From the human T2T-CHM13v2.0 reference genome, Homo sapiens, in assembly GCF_009914755.1 (NCBI RefSeq), contig NC_060929.1: a DNA stretch of 64,000 nucleotides. One strand, written 5' to 3'. Shown here piece after piece: positions 13,591 through 30,047 of the stretch; the stretch's first letter is position 1; each line of letters opens with the position of its first letter. The notes beneath the pieces were generated by a model. The model saw only the letters and a program-made list of their open reading frames with translations. It did no database searches and had not been told where the DNA came from. The translations under genes and the position numbers were made by a program.

Positions 13591-16500
13591 GGTATATTTA
13601 CATGATTCATCACAAGAACCAGTAACTTACTTCGAGTTACCTTATTACCAAAAAAGCAACTCAAAATCCAGTATATTTTCAGTTAAAAATTGCTGGTATT
13701 TTTTTCTGCTAAAACACAAACTTAAAATCTAAACCATACCAACAGAAAGTTCATTTATTTGCCTAAAATATATAACAATTACTCTCTTTTCCCATTTTGC
13801 AGATAAAAGGAATCACACATATGTCTTTGTTAGGTAGCCGCTATATATAATACTAGGTTTTATATAATAGCATATATTACTCTCAAATGAAGTGACCTAG
13901 ACAATTATTATTCCTGAACTCCAAAAAAATAGGCGAGATTTGTTTACTACTGTGGACTAGAATTTCCAGAGCTGGCATTGTAGGCTGAATCACAAGCAGA
14001 AGCCCAGTGTGAGTGATACGTGATTCCTTCTGGTCTTTCAGTATTAGTAAGGAGGATGTTCTTACTGTCACATCTACAGATTGAGAGAAACTCTCTGTGT
14101 ACTTGTTTGTCTGGATACATTAAAATATAGAGCACAAAGGAGATTAGCTGAGATAATCACATGAAGCTAAAGTCATTTTCAGCCCTCATAATTTTAAGAA
14201 CGGAAAATGGCATGCTATGTCAGGATATATGAAAACAACACACAAAAAAACACAAATGTTTGTTATGGCACCAAAACTTCAGAAAAGACAGAACACTTAC
14301 ATAAAGATAAGCCATGAATCATACAAGTTTTTACAGAGATATTATTAGGCAAATCAGAATATGTATGACTATGAGAGATAATAAGTAGATAATAGTTTTA
14401 TCCAGCTTTTTTCTATTGTATTCCTAGTCATGTAATATTTTCAACTTCAGTGAATACTTAAAGTATAGATCAAAGTAGTTTATTTATCATATTATATGAT
14501 CAAAATATGATTAGTAAAATCTTAGTTTTTACGGACAAATTTAAAATGTACCAATCTCATGATATGTTGTAAAGCATCGTCCTGTGTAAATATTTTTATT
14601 ATAGAAAGACTTTGGGTATAATGTAAACATAATTTCATACAGAATCTTAGGGCATTGCATACAACAGTACTACTCTTCCAGACTAGTAGGTAGATACACT
14701 GTTTCTCTCATACCTCTAGTGTCACAAGTCCTAAAAGCCATTCACTCTGTCACCAATGCACAATTTTTTCATAAGAATTTTAATGTTGTTCATTTCTACT
14801 TTTTGAATATACAAAATAATATAGCCAGGGGAATAGCTTTTGGATAGTGTAATTCAAACTCCACTGCCTTAATTCTTCCTTGTTCTCCTCTCTTTGACAA
14901 TGTAAATAATTTACTTTGTTTACTTATATTGTTACATGGAAAGATTTAAGGTATTCATTTATTATAATTTATTTATTATAATTTATTAAAATACTGTCTC
15001 CCACATATATCTATATCTATATAGATATAGATATATAAACATATCCTCAAGCTCAGAGATGCTTTACTCAAACCAATTTCTTACTGCTATAATTTTTTTT
15101 GAATTTCTTATATACTGTTCTACCTCCTTTGTGATCCTTATTCTATAACATTAGATTGTCATACACAATAAATTATAAGGCAAATTGAAGTACTGCAACA
15201 GTCTAATTCAATGTGCAGCTGCACTTGAGGACATCTCTACTATCTTTTTTAACAATGAAAATTTATTGGCTCTTTCAAAGATAGTTTCAGTTTCAGTAAG
15301 TAAAGACTGAGACTAATATTAAACTAAGAGTATGATTAACTGAACTTTCATGTAAAAATAAGATCATATTCAATTCATTACTTCTTGAATACATTTTTAG
15401 ATAAGAAAAACACAAAGGTTTTGGTTTGTATTTTTCACAAATTATCTTTTTAAAGGTTAAAAAATAAAACTAATCCCATTCTTTTCTGTCATGGTGGTGC
15501 ATATGATAATAGCATGTATGGAAAATAATCTCTTGTATAGCTATGCCTACCTCTCATATACTATATATTAAGTAATGTAATTAACACCATATTTTGAATA
15601 TTTTACAATTGTAATTTGAATTACTTCTGAATTCATTAATTAGATAGATGTTTTTATTTATTTTTTAAATCTGTCCAGTTAATCAGTTTTGTTTATAACA
15701 GTGTTCTTTATTTTATTGTATTGCATTTAGAGAATGTGGTCTTTACCATTACTGTCTTTGAGAATTAATTCAAATTAATTTATCTAAACTCAGAGACATG
15801 TGCTCTCTGAAGTAGGTAACCACATTTTAAAATTATTATTTTCTACTATTATATGTATGAATAAAGTGTCCGTATATGTATGATATATATCATCTCTCTA
15901 ATATATGGGTACTTATCTGGTAAATCTTAAGCTAATGTATCCCTCTCAAGATAAAAGTTTATCAAGTTTGCCTTGCTCAGTTCTACCTTTTTAATGCAGA
16001 AGATTAATTGTTCTTATTGTTTATTAGTATCTAGCTACAATGAAAATGTGAATACATGCTGCCTAGTGTAGGTTCACTGGTCATGAAAAGGAATTTTTTC
16101 CTCTAGTATTTTGAAGTTAGAATTTGATGATATGTCTTAATAAATACTGTTGAAAATATTATTAGGATATTATGCTGGATGTGACTCACCAATATCTATT
16201 TGAGGTTTCCCACAAATTGGTAGGACCTAAACAAAAACAGAGATTCCCATTGACACACCAAAACTTATCCCCTATACCTAATAACTTGGTAGACTCAAGA
16301 AGTCAGGCTCACTGAACTACTCCTCACTGATGCTAGTATCTAAAGCTGAGGCTATATTCTCTTTGCTTATCACAGTAAACTAGAATTTCTACAAGATTTA
16401 TGTGGTAGAGTACTAGATTCTGCCAAGGTACAAGGCCATCTTGTGAGGAACTCTTTTATTTTTAATTTGTTGTATATTTCTGATAAGTGAACAATAGCTA

Positions 16501-17955
16501 AATAATGGAACAGGTATTAGTATTGATATGTGCTAATGTTATAAGGAGAACAATCTTACCAAATGTATTAATACGTAAAACAAATTATCAAAATTCATGG
16601 CCCACAGCTAAATTCCTCCATGCTTCTTCCTCTCCCCAATTCCTTCCTTCTATGTGAGGACCTTAGCCCATCACACAAACACCTTGGCTAAGCATCTCCT
16701 TGTAACAGTAATTCTTAGGGAGACATCAAAATTTTCTAGCACCATAAAATATTTTCAGTTCTTAAAAAAAGCGAAGTGTGTGTCTAGAGAGAACTTAACA
16801 ACTGACAGAGTGTTTTATGAAGAGCAACTTGTTGAGAAGAAAAGGATGACTGCTGGTTTGTGATTTCTTTAAAGTTTACTCACATTTGTAGAGCCTGAAG
16901 GGGACTGTGTAAAGAAGATAAAATAAAAGCTTGGATGCCACACAAGATTAACTTGGCAATCGAGATAAGAGCATTTAATCAATGGCAAACCAGCTTCACG
17001 GGAACAGATCAGATCACAGTGACTGGAGGGAACTGCACAAAGCCCATGAATGATTGCTATTTACCTTTCGAGAACAATGACAGTCATATTTTTGCATTTT
17101 GATAGCTACTTTGATCATAAGTTTCCCAACTCTTAGCATATTTTAAGATATTAAACCTTCTAAGATAGATATGACTTCAATCAGAATTTTATAAAGGATA
17201 GGCTGCATGGATTTCTGTTGGAGAGAATGCAAGATGAGTCGAGATTAGAGATACTTTTGAAAACATCCCACAGCTCAACCCTCGTGGAGTACAGGCTTAT
17301 ATTTTATGTAAAAGCCAAGAGAGTTTCAAGATAATCAGAATCCTTACTAGACATTAATGATACTTCCACACAGACAGAGATGTTGAAGTTTTATTGTACG
17401 TGGGATGCTGTGTATTAATCGCTATAAATATATCATAAGTCTTAAGGCAATAAATATCAATAGTAGTAGCATAGGAGTAAAAAATTGCAGGCATAATTGC
17501 AAACGTCATTCTTTTGTATGCCATAAGTCATTATATGCATATATTATGATAAATTAGGCATTGGTATGTGTAGTAATTATATACTAGTAGTTATTAGTTG
17601 TGATAAATAGTTAATACAGGTATATGAGTAAAGATTTATTAATATCTCCTTCTTAAAAAATATTTCACACATACTCATAATTGCAAATAAATAAATTGTT
17701 CCTCATTATAAATATATGACATGCACCAAGGCATTTAAAATATATAAGAAAAACAATTATTCTTAATAAGGCCTTAAACTGGGTTAAGAAGGAAAAAGCA
17801 TAGTATGGTGGGAAAAAAAAGTTGTAGTTTAGTTTTTCTACTAAATGGCTAAAAAGTTATAGACGAGTAGATAGAAAGAGATACATTTCCTCCTTTCTAA
17901 TAACTTCAATTAGGGACAGAGTTTATATGCACTGTTTTTCATTTCAGGCTATATA

Positions 17956-18546
17956 TGAAGGAAACCAAAAATATGCTCAAAATGTACTTCCTTGACATAT
18001 TTCAAGATGGTCATTCAGAGAAGCTAAAAACACAGGAATAGCTGAAAAGCTGTCCCACGTAGAAGAGATTTGCCTGCAGAAGAAATTAACAACAGAAACA
18101 TACAGGCATTCTCTGAAGTCCCTCTTTGGTCTAGGAAAGATTATCTCATAGAAAAAGAAGACAAAAGGTCTGACTGAGAAACTGTTACCACAGACTGCCA
18201 TATTTCCTTTCTGAGAGCTGCTACATGTGACCTTTTCTGTCCATAACAAGACCACCTTTGCTCCATGCCTTTCCTCCACTTCTCCATCCTGTAACTTCTC
18301 TTGTCATTCTCCAAGTCCATACTTATTCTGTAAACTCTGGATGATTAAAAAAAAAAAAAAAAAAAAAAAAAAAGTTAGGTCATCTGGTCCTTTCTTTGAG
18401 TTTTCCTATTTTTTATGACTGCTATGGACATGAGTGCATGTAATCAATGTGTGTTCCTTTTTTCCCCATTGATCTATTATCAGTTTGTTTTATAGGCTCA
18501 AAGTATCAAACTTTCAGAAGTGGGGAAAATTCCCTTTGCCTCTACA
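17956..18546 (+). mobile_element. ERV1 5' LTR (MER39/MER34/LTR48-49 group)
   Basis: tgaaggaaaccaaaaatat...tccctttgcctctaca, followed immediately by a PBS. Confidence 0.8.
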
Positions 18547-18549
18547 GTT

Positions 18550-18567
18550 CGGCATAGTCGGCAGGAT
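18550..18567 (+). promoter_or_regulatory. Primer binding site, tRNA-Ser type
   Basis: cggcatagtcggcaggat matches 16/18 the complement of the recalled tRNA-Ser 3' end (TGGCGTAGTCGGCAGGAT); it starts 3 nt after the LTR. Confidence 0.75.
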
Positions 18568-19080
18568 GAAAAATTTGAAGACCTCAGTTGGGATCCTTGG
18601 ACAACTGACTACAGGCTGGCAAAAAGCGCAAGATTTCTTTCCAAAAGTCAGCTCCCCAGATCTCTCCCTGTAACACTTGGTCTAACAAGAGTAGTACAAG
18701 TCTTTGTCTTTTTCCCTTTCCAAAATTGGATTAGCAAGAAAAAAAGTATGTGAACCGAGTTTGCTTATAAAATAAATTGGCTACGTTTAAAATAATACTT
18801 TTTAGAGAGCTCTCATCTTAAATAGCTACCTGATTGACACCTGTAAAAGATACAATAGAAACTCTGTTGGCAAGATTAGGGGAAAAAAGTGTAAATCAAA
18901 TTTAAAACAAAATTAAAATATTTTGTATGCTCAAAATGCCTGATTTGAATCCCCTGAAGGGCTCATAAAAGAAAATGCTATACATAGTCTAGTGGTTAAG
19001 ATTCCATTCCTTTACTATTGTGGCCAGTGTTTGATTCTTGGTCAGGGAACTAGTTCTCTGGTGGAAGAAAAAATAAGGCC
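18568..19080 (+). mobile_element. ERV1 internal leader remnant (truncated)
   Basis: Follows the PBS; MER4-group-like internal sequence; no 3' LTR seen. Confidence 0.6.
18985..19049 (+). pseudogene. tRNA-Glu-derived sequence embedded in the ERV leader
   Basis: tagtctagtggttaagattcc...ggccagtgtttgattcttggtcagggaa aligns colinearly to tRNA-Glu (GTGGTCTAGTGGTTAGGATTC...GGCCCGGGTTCGATTCCCGGTCAGGGAA); anticodon arm and B box decayed. Confidence 0.7.
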
Positions 19081-21336
19081 TTTATAAGACTAATTTTATA
19101 GAACCAATTATCAAAACTTCGGAAGGATGGGAAAGGAAATTCTCTTTACTTCTACATGTATAATACATTTAATTTCCCTTAGCTAATCTCTGGGGAAATG
19201 GATCTTCACTCTGCCCTGATTTGCCTTGAGTACAGCATTTTTGTACAAATGTGCGTCCAAAAATAGTACTATTTACCTCCAGTTATTAGAACATGTGCTT
19301 TGGCTTTATGAATTATTTTGACTGATAGATGTATCCCATTCTTTTATCATTTCATCTTTCTTATGATGAAAAAATAATGTTTTTTAAGTTTTATAGAATG
19401 AGGAGGATAATGAATTAGTTAAATGATCTACTGCACACCTAAACTCTTAAGTCTCATCAATGACCTGAGTACAAAGGTAACTTAGCAGTAACTTGTAGAC
19501 AAATACAACTGTAGTCATTATCATGGCAATTTATTTTGGAGAAAAAATGTTTATGGAATTTTTGAAAATATGGTGGAAAGGGAACCAAAACTGAAGAGGC
19601 TGACTCCAATATACTTTAAGCAACCTGTAAAAACAGAAATGCATCCAATATTTAAGGAGTAAGCAGTGCTTAACAATGATGTGCTGACTGCATGTTTCCA
19701 TACATTCCACACATTCTTCATGTATGCCAAGGTCAAAGACTTCCGAGAGGACAAGGCATGGTGCATTCTGTAATGTAATATAAACTAAAGAATGCCAGAT
19801 AAATTCTGAGAAAGCAGCAAGAAGATAGTAATACTAAAGAATTCCTATTTTGTCCTTGCACATATGGTAGGTACTGCTAATACCTTCCTGGCATTTGTAC
19901 CCTCCTTACATTTATTAACAGAACCTGACTTTTATTCATGTAATTTGTTTCAGGAGCTCCTCCCCAGGTACAAAAAAAAATCATTATTTATAAAGTAGGG
20001 TACAGAACAAGAAGGGAACAGATCGAGTTTATGCATGCTATGACATCAATTCTGAGACCATTTACCTTCTATATTTATACTCTTGGATATCAATGCTTGC
20101 TCTACAGCATTGCCCTCTGTTTCTTATCCTATGTCAAGTCCTGACATGAAAGTGACTAATGCCATACATAAGAAGAAAAAAAATAAGACCCATGAGTGTA
20201 TCTGAATTTTAAATATTTTTCTTTATACCATCCATCTTCACCCTGTACAAGAATAAATGAGAATTTATAATACACTTACCATTATGTAACAAGTTTAAAA
20301 TATGTCAATTTAAGTATAGATTTTTTAAACCATATTATAAGCATGTTAAATATTAAATATGTGGGTTCAAATAGTGGCAAAATAAATTGTAAAATTAGTC
20401 AGCATTGGTAAATTTATAATATTCTTATTTATTTTATCAATTAATATACAGCTGCATATGATACAGATTTATTTTGGGCTTTAATTATGAATATATATAC
20501 ACACATATTTATGATTACATGATTGAATAAAATATATAATTAATAGTATTCTTTGGAAAGATTGACAATAGATTATTAATTTTTTTTTTTCTGTAATATA
20601 TTTCCCAGTCTTTCTGAAGTAATATCACACAGGATTTTTTTAAAAAGGAAAAGCTAACCATTTTTTAAAAAACAGATAAAATGTATACTTGTATATTGAA
20701 AATTTTACCTAGTGCTAATGTTGAAATTTTCAGAAACATTAGGAGGCATTCTTAAAGAATAACTTCCTATAATTTTTTCAGAAAATAGTGCCTTAAATCA
20801 TTTTCAATATTACAGAAAACACAAAGATAAGTTTATGGGTGTAATTATATTGCCACACACTTTATAATTACATATCTCTAATTGATGCTTTTAACCACCT
20901 ACTGTGTTGTGCTACACCTGTGAAAAGGTTACACTCCAACATTAACTGGAAGCTATTTCGATTTGCAGAACTGAGTGTTGCATTGATAGAATAGGTAGAA
21001 ATTTTATGAAAATCATCTTAAAGTTTTAGAGCTACAACTGAAAGTATGTTTGCAATACAATCCCCATAATCCCTAAGCCCAGCAAATGAAAGAGGGGATG
21101 ATTTAGAACTTTTTAAAAGACTGTATACACATCATCTAATTGATCAAATATTTTACTTGTTCTAACAATACAACTAGCTTTCTCTTTTAAATATTTCTTT
21201 AAGAGAATGTAATCAGAATGCCTGCTGGGTTACTTTATTTGACTCCTTAAATAACGATTGCTTAAAAGTGATGTTATTATTGTAGTTTTAATGTCACTAA
21301 TACATACTCCAAATTGGTGCTAGTAAAAAACTTTCT

Positions 21337-23843
<2,507 letters not shown>

Positions 23844-24780
23844 TAAAAATCTTTCTAAAACTTTATATGATAATTTTTTTTAATTCTTGGAAATCTTTAC
23901 ATAGTATCAGGAAAATTATCCTTAAATGTACTCATATTATCTGATGTAATAACACTGCAGTATATCTCTAAATATAATTCTCTGATAGTCACTCGAGTCA
24001 TGTAAGTTCAACATTCTATATTTGCCTCCAAACACTCTCTGAGCCAATATCATGTACCTGGTTGACTATTATTTATTCATTTGTTTTTTCTTCTTTAAGT
24101 TCAAGGCTTGCATTCTCTGGAAAAAGTTTTTGGATATCCTCTGTGACTTAGGGTTCTGTGTGTTACCTATATCACCTAGCATACAAGGTATTACACTGTG
24201 TTTTAATTTATGACTTAAATAGGTAAGCTCATTGAGGCTGGAGGTAATTTACTACTTTTTTTCTCTTAGGTTTATCTGTGACTACTTATAAAGGCACTTC
24301 AGAATCTCCTGGTACACTTGCAAAATTTGTTTAAAATAATTAAACTGTATTATTTGAACACAAATCAAAAGTTCTTTCAGTAGCACTTTCCTCACACTGA
24401 TTAATATTACACTTTGGCCTAAAAGTATGATTTTTCCAGTAACACTGAGTTTAAAATGAAGGAATATATACATAAATAACCATAATATAAATATATAAAA
24501 GATTGTGTATATACATCGTAGGCTGCCTTTGTTACAACAGAGACCTACCTGTTACAATTTTAATGATACACTTTTATTTTAATTTAACATTTGTTTTTAA
24601 ACCACTTTTTAATTAAGTAAACAGAGCCCTGCATACATTTCAGTTTCAGTATCCCTAATGTATTTATCATTTCATGTGGGGGCATATATGCCCCTTCAAA
24701 TATTTTAGTGTGTTTTCTACATGGGATTAAACAGTTCAAATAAGGTATTTGTCAGCATTTTATAATTCTGAGGGATTTCT

Positions 24781-25090
24781 GTTGTTGTCATTTGTTTGTT
24801 TGTTTTTGTTTTTGTAGGGTGTCACTCTGTCCCCCTGGGCTGGAGTGCAGTGGCACATGACCTTGGCTCACTAAAATTCAACCTCTTGGGATCAAGCAGT
24901 CCTCCCACATCAGCCTCCCAAATAGCTGGGACTACAGGCACATGCCACCATACCCAGATAACTTTTTTATTTTGTGTAGAGGCAGGGTTTCTCTTACCCA
25001 GGCTGGTCTCAAACTCCTGGCCCTAAGTGATCCTCCCACCTCGGCCACCCAGAGTTCAGGGATTACAGGTGTGAGCCACTGCATCCCCCC
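24781..25090 (-). mobile_element. AluJ
   Basis: Diverged dimeric Alu with GTTT-type tail; flanks agggattt / aaggattt. Confidence 0.9.
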
Positions 25091-25406
25091 AAGGATTTTA
25101 AAAATAGATATATTTCTCTTTTAATTTTTCTATTGAAATTACCACAGCAGTTATATAGTCACTATCACTATCAATTTCTCCACCTATCTGTCCATAGATG
25201 CTATTCTTTAAGTTTTGAGCATTACACGTATTTCCATTTTCTTCATAGAAATTATCTTTTTATTTTACCTTCCTTACAGAATTTTATTTTCGTACTTGAA
25301 ATACCTTGCATACTTTGAAGTGTTCGATTTATTAATTCTCTTAACAAAATCTCTCTTTCCCTCTCAGTTACTAGACAGATAGACAGACAGAAAGACAAAT
25401 AGATAG

Positions 25407-25459
25407 TGTATTCAGTTAGGGTTTTCCCCAGAAACAGAACCGACAGGATGTGTGTGTGT

Positions 25460-25496
<37 letters not shown>

Positions 25497-25655
25497 GACA
25501 GAGACTTATTTAAGGAATTGGCTCACTTAATTATGGATGGAGGCCAGAAAGTCCAGAATCTGTAAGTTTCCAGGATAGACCTATAGGCTAGAAACACAGG
25601 AATGAGTAAATGCTTCCATTTGAGTCCAAAGACAGATTTGAGGCTGAATTTCTTC
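25407..25655 (-). mobile_element. MLT2 (ERVL) LTR fragment with internal (TG)n
   Basis: agggttttccccagaaacagaacc, (TG)n at 25448-25493, aaggaattggctcac...aagtccagaatctg. Confidence 0.75.
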
Positions 25656-25659
25656 TGTA

Positions 25660-25815
25660 AATCTGTGTCCAAATGTCTTCTTTTCATAGGGAAATGTTTC
25701 ATAAATGACCTAATTTTAACTTAATTACATCTTTAAAGACCATATCTCCAAACACAGACACATTCTGAGGTACTGGGGATTATGACTTCAATATGAACAT
25801 TTTGTGGGATAAAGC
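25660..25815 (-). mobile_element. MLT1B/C LTR fragment
   Basis: ttaacttaattacatctttaaagacc...cacattctgaggtactggggattatgacttcaa. Confidence 0.7.
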
Positions 25816-27963
25816 TCAGATATAACAGATAGATAGACATAGATACATAGTAATATAAAGAGATAAACAGATATAAATTGAAATTTAATTTTATATATCT
25901 AATGTTTTGAATATATATAACCAAATACACATTGAGATATATTGAAAATTTAAATGAGATGAAAATAGTTTTTAAAATATTATGTTTTCTGTATAGAAAT
26001 GTTGCTTACTGCATATATTTTAGACAGTAGTTTTAATAGGTCAGATTTAAGATAAGATTAGGATTCAAGAATAATCTATGCTAAAGACTGACTCTAGACT
26101 CAAATTAAGAAAGGTGATAGTTTGTGGGGAACCAGATTTCTTGTATCATATAGAGTTTTAAAATCTCTATAATATCTTGCTTTTCACGAAAATGTTAAGA
26201 CAAATATTTTTCTGAGAGAAAAATGCTATGGTGACCCACCCAATTTGTTATCAGCCAGTAATAGTTCCTCTATCACAACAAAATTTATATTGTTGTTCTT
26301 ACTCTCTTCTTGCATTCAAAGTCCAATAAACTGTTCTGGGAATGGTTATATCAAATTATGTCATTAAGAGAGAAAGACTGTTTAATGGAAGAAAAACACG
26401 AGCAACAGCAAATGCATGTTCTTACTATCCAGGAGCTATCAATAAAACCACAAACTCCAAGTTTAAAATTATTTAGCTCAATCTTAATATATGTACTATT
26501 TAATTATGTTAGCATTTTAATCATAATTTCATTACATATTTAGCAAGCATCTATAAATTATATAATTCTCAGCTAACAAATTCCGGATAAAATAAAAACA
26601 AGCCACTCCCCTACTAGTCTTTTCATTTTGGGCACTCTGAAAAATATTATCATCTCTCGGATTTCTCTTTTTTAAGTTTAACTATCCAGCTGTTATCTTA
26701 ATTAAGTCTGCTACAGGCAAGGATCTGGTTTTCCACACCTGTGGAGAAGACTGTCATGGCATTTTAATGACTTAATAGAGCTTGCAGAAATGGAGGCTAG
26801 TGTGAATGTTAGCAATGATTAGTTCAAATTAGTGCCAGAGCTGTCAATTTCCAATTAGGAGATGTGTTTGTTCTTCAACAATGTACTACCACAAATTGGG
26901 TGTTTTGACACTGTTAATTCATCTTTTGCCACCTGATAGAAATAACTCAAATGGCTCCCAGTAATCTCTTCTACAACAGAGTTATTAAAGTTAGACCCAG
27001 CTGGATATCAAGTTTAAAACCAAAGAAAATACATTATTCTCAGGAATAAAAATATATGGGATAAAAGAATAATTATTTTTGGCAATACTCCCAATTTATG
27101 GTTTAACTGCATGTGAAGGATGTTAGAGTACATAGTTGAAAGCACTGAATGCTCTGTTTGATAGGGAATTCTGGTGTGGTTGATGTGATTAGATGAAAAG
27201 GAAAAATAGTAAAATTACAGTGCCCAGTGCAACTGAAAAACCAGTAAATACAAAATTTATCTTTCAATAAAGTAACAAACTATTTATTAATTTTTACACA
27301 GGAAGTGTGCAAAAAATTGGATGCAAGTTCAGAGAAAATATGAAAAAGAGGGATTGATAATAAAAAGAAAACATTTTAATTTATAAAGTCTATCCCTAAA
27401 GAAGATTATATCTGCTCTATTTCATAATATTAAGTACTACTTAATACCTTGCTTTATTGGATTTCACTTTATTGTCCTTCAAGGATACTGAGGGTTTTTT
27501 GTTGTTTTTTTTTGTTTGTTTGTTTTTAACAAATTAAACGTTTGTGGCAACTCTGACGGCTCCATTTTTCCAACAGCATGTGCTCAGTTTGCGTCTTTCT
27601 GTCACATTTTGATAACTCAAACTATTTTAAACTTTTTCATTATTATTATCTATTATGGTGATTTGTGACAAGTGATCTTTAATGTTACTAAGGTAATTGT
27701 TTGGGGCATCACAAACCACACCCATGTAAAACAGGAAATTTAATCTATAAATGTCGTTTGTGTTCCCAGTTTGCCACACACCAGCCTCTCCTCTGTCTCT
27801 CTTGCCTCAGGCCTTCCTATTCCCTGACACATGACATTATTGATATCAAGCCATTTAGTGACCCTACAATAGCCTGTAAGTGTTCAAGTGAAAGAAAGAG
27901 TCACATATCTCTCACTTTAAATCCAAAGCTTTGTGAAGAATGCCTGTCAAAAGCCAAGATAGA

Positions 27964-28254
27964 GGCCGGGCACAGTGGCTTACACCTGTAGTTCCAGCAC
28001 TTTGGAAGGCTGAGATGGGCAGATCACTTGAAGCCAGGAGTTTGAGACGAGCCTGGCCAATATAGTGAAATCCCCTCTCTACTACAAATATAAAAATTAA
28101 CTGGGTGTGGTGGCTCACACCTGTAATCCCAGCTACTCGGGAGGCTGAAGCACAAGAATCACTTGAAACTTGGAGGTGGAGATTGCAGTGAGCTGAGGGT
28201 GACACTCCAGCCTGGGTGACAGAAAGAGATTCTGTCTCAAGGGAAAAAAAAAAA
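27964..28254 (+). mobile_element. AluS nested in Tigger1
   Basis: TSD aaaagccaagatag at 27949-27962 and 28255-28268. Confidence 0.95.
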
Positions 28255-30047
28255 AAAAGCCAAGATAGGCCAAAAACTAGATCTCTGGCAATAAATAGTG
28301 AGCCCAGTTGGGAATTTAAGAAAAAGATTTTGAAGGAAATTAAGATAAGCAAAAAAGTCTCATTGCTGATCCTGAGAAATTTTGAATGGGCTGGTTGGAA
28401 GATCAAATCCACCACAACATTCCCTTAAGCCAAAACCTAATCCACAGCAAGGTCCTAACTCTCTTCAATTCTATGAAGGCTTAGAGAGATGAGGAACGTA
28501 CAGAAGAAAAGTTTGAATTTAGCAAGATTGGTTCATGAAGTACATGGAAAGAAGCAGTCTCCATAAGACAAAAGTCTTAGATGAAGTAGCAAGTGCTGAT
28601 GTAGAAGCTGCAGGAAGTTATCCAGAAGACTTAGATATTTGATAAAGGTAGCTATACTAAACAAAAGATTTTCAATCTAGATTATACAGCCTTCTAATGG
28701 AAGGAGATGACCATCTTCTCAGAGCCAGCAAGGAGAAGTCAATGCCTGCCTTCAAAGCTTCAAAGAACAAGCTGACTATCTTGCTAGAAGCTAATGCAGC
28801 TAGTGACTTGAAGCAGAAGCCACTGCTCATTTACCTGTCAGGAAATCCTAGGGCTTTAAGAATTATGCTAAACCTATTCTGCCTGTACTCTGTAAATGGA
28901 AGAATAAGGCCTGGATCACAGCACATCTGTTTACAACATGGTTTACCGAAAATTTTAAGCCCACTGTAAAGATCTACTGCTCAGGAAAAAAAAAAAAAAG
29001 CCCTTTTTAAAATATTACTGTTTGCTGACAATGCACTTGACACCCAATCACTCCAATATCTAAGGATATTAACATTGTTTACATGCCTGCTAACACAACA
29101 TTCATTCCTAATGGATCAAAGAGTAATTCTGAATTTCAAGTCTTATTATTTAACAAATACATTTTATAAGGCTATAGCCGCCACACATAGGGATTCCTGT
29201 AACAGATCTGGGCAAAGTACATTGAGCATCTTCTGGAAAGAGATCACCATTCTAGATCCATTAAGAACATTTGTGATAAGGGAGGAGGTCAAAATATCAA
29301 CATTAATGGTAGTTTTAAATAAGTTGATCCCAACTATCATGGATAAGTTTGAGGGGTTTAAGACTTCAATGGAGGAAGTAACTGCATATGTGGTGGAAAT
29401 AGCAACATAATTTGAATTAGAAGTGAAGCCTGAAGATGGGACAGAATTGCTGCATTCTCATAATAAAACTTGAATGGATGAGGAGTTGCTTCTTTTGGAT
29501 GAGCAAAGAAAGTATCTTCCTGAGATGGAATCTAGTCTTGCCGAAGATGTGGTGAACATTATTGAAATGACAACAGAAGACATAGTTGGGGAAGCAGCAG
29601 CAGGGTTTGAAAGGATTGATTCCAATTTTGAAAGAAGTTCCACTGTGAGTAAAATGCTATCAAACAGGGCATGCTGTAGAGAAATAGTTCATGAAAGAGT
29701 CAATTGCTGTGGCAAACCCTACTGTTGTCTTATTTTAAGAAATTATCACAGCCAATCCCAAACTTCAGTAACCGCCACCCTCATCAGTCAACGGCCATCA
29801 ACACTGAGGCAAGAACCTGTACCAGCCAAAAGATTATGAACTCACTGAAGGCTAAGATAAATATTAGCAATTTTTAGTAATAAAGTATTTTTAATCAAAT
29901 TATGTATATTGTTTTTAGACACAATAATATTACACACTTAGTTGTTTTAGACACAATGCTACTGTATATTTAATAAGCTAATAAGCTACAGTTTAGTGTT
30001 AATATAACTAGTATATTCACTGGGAAACAAAAAGGTTTGTGTGACTT

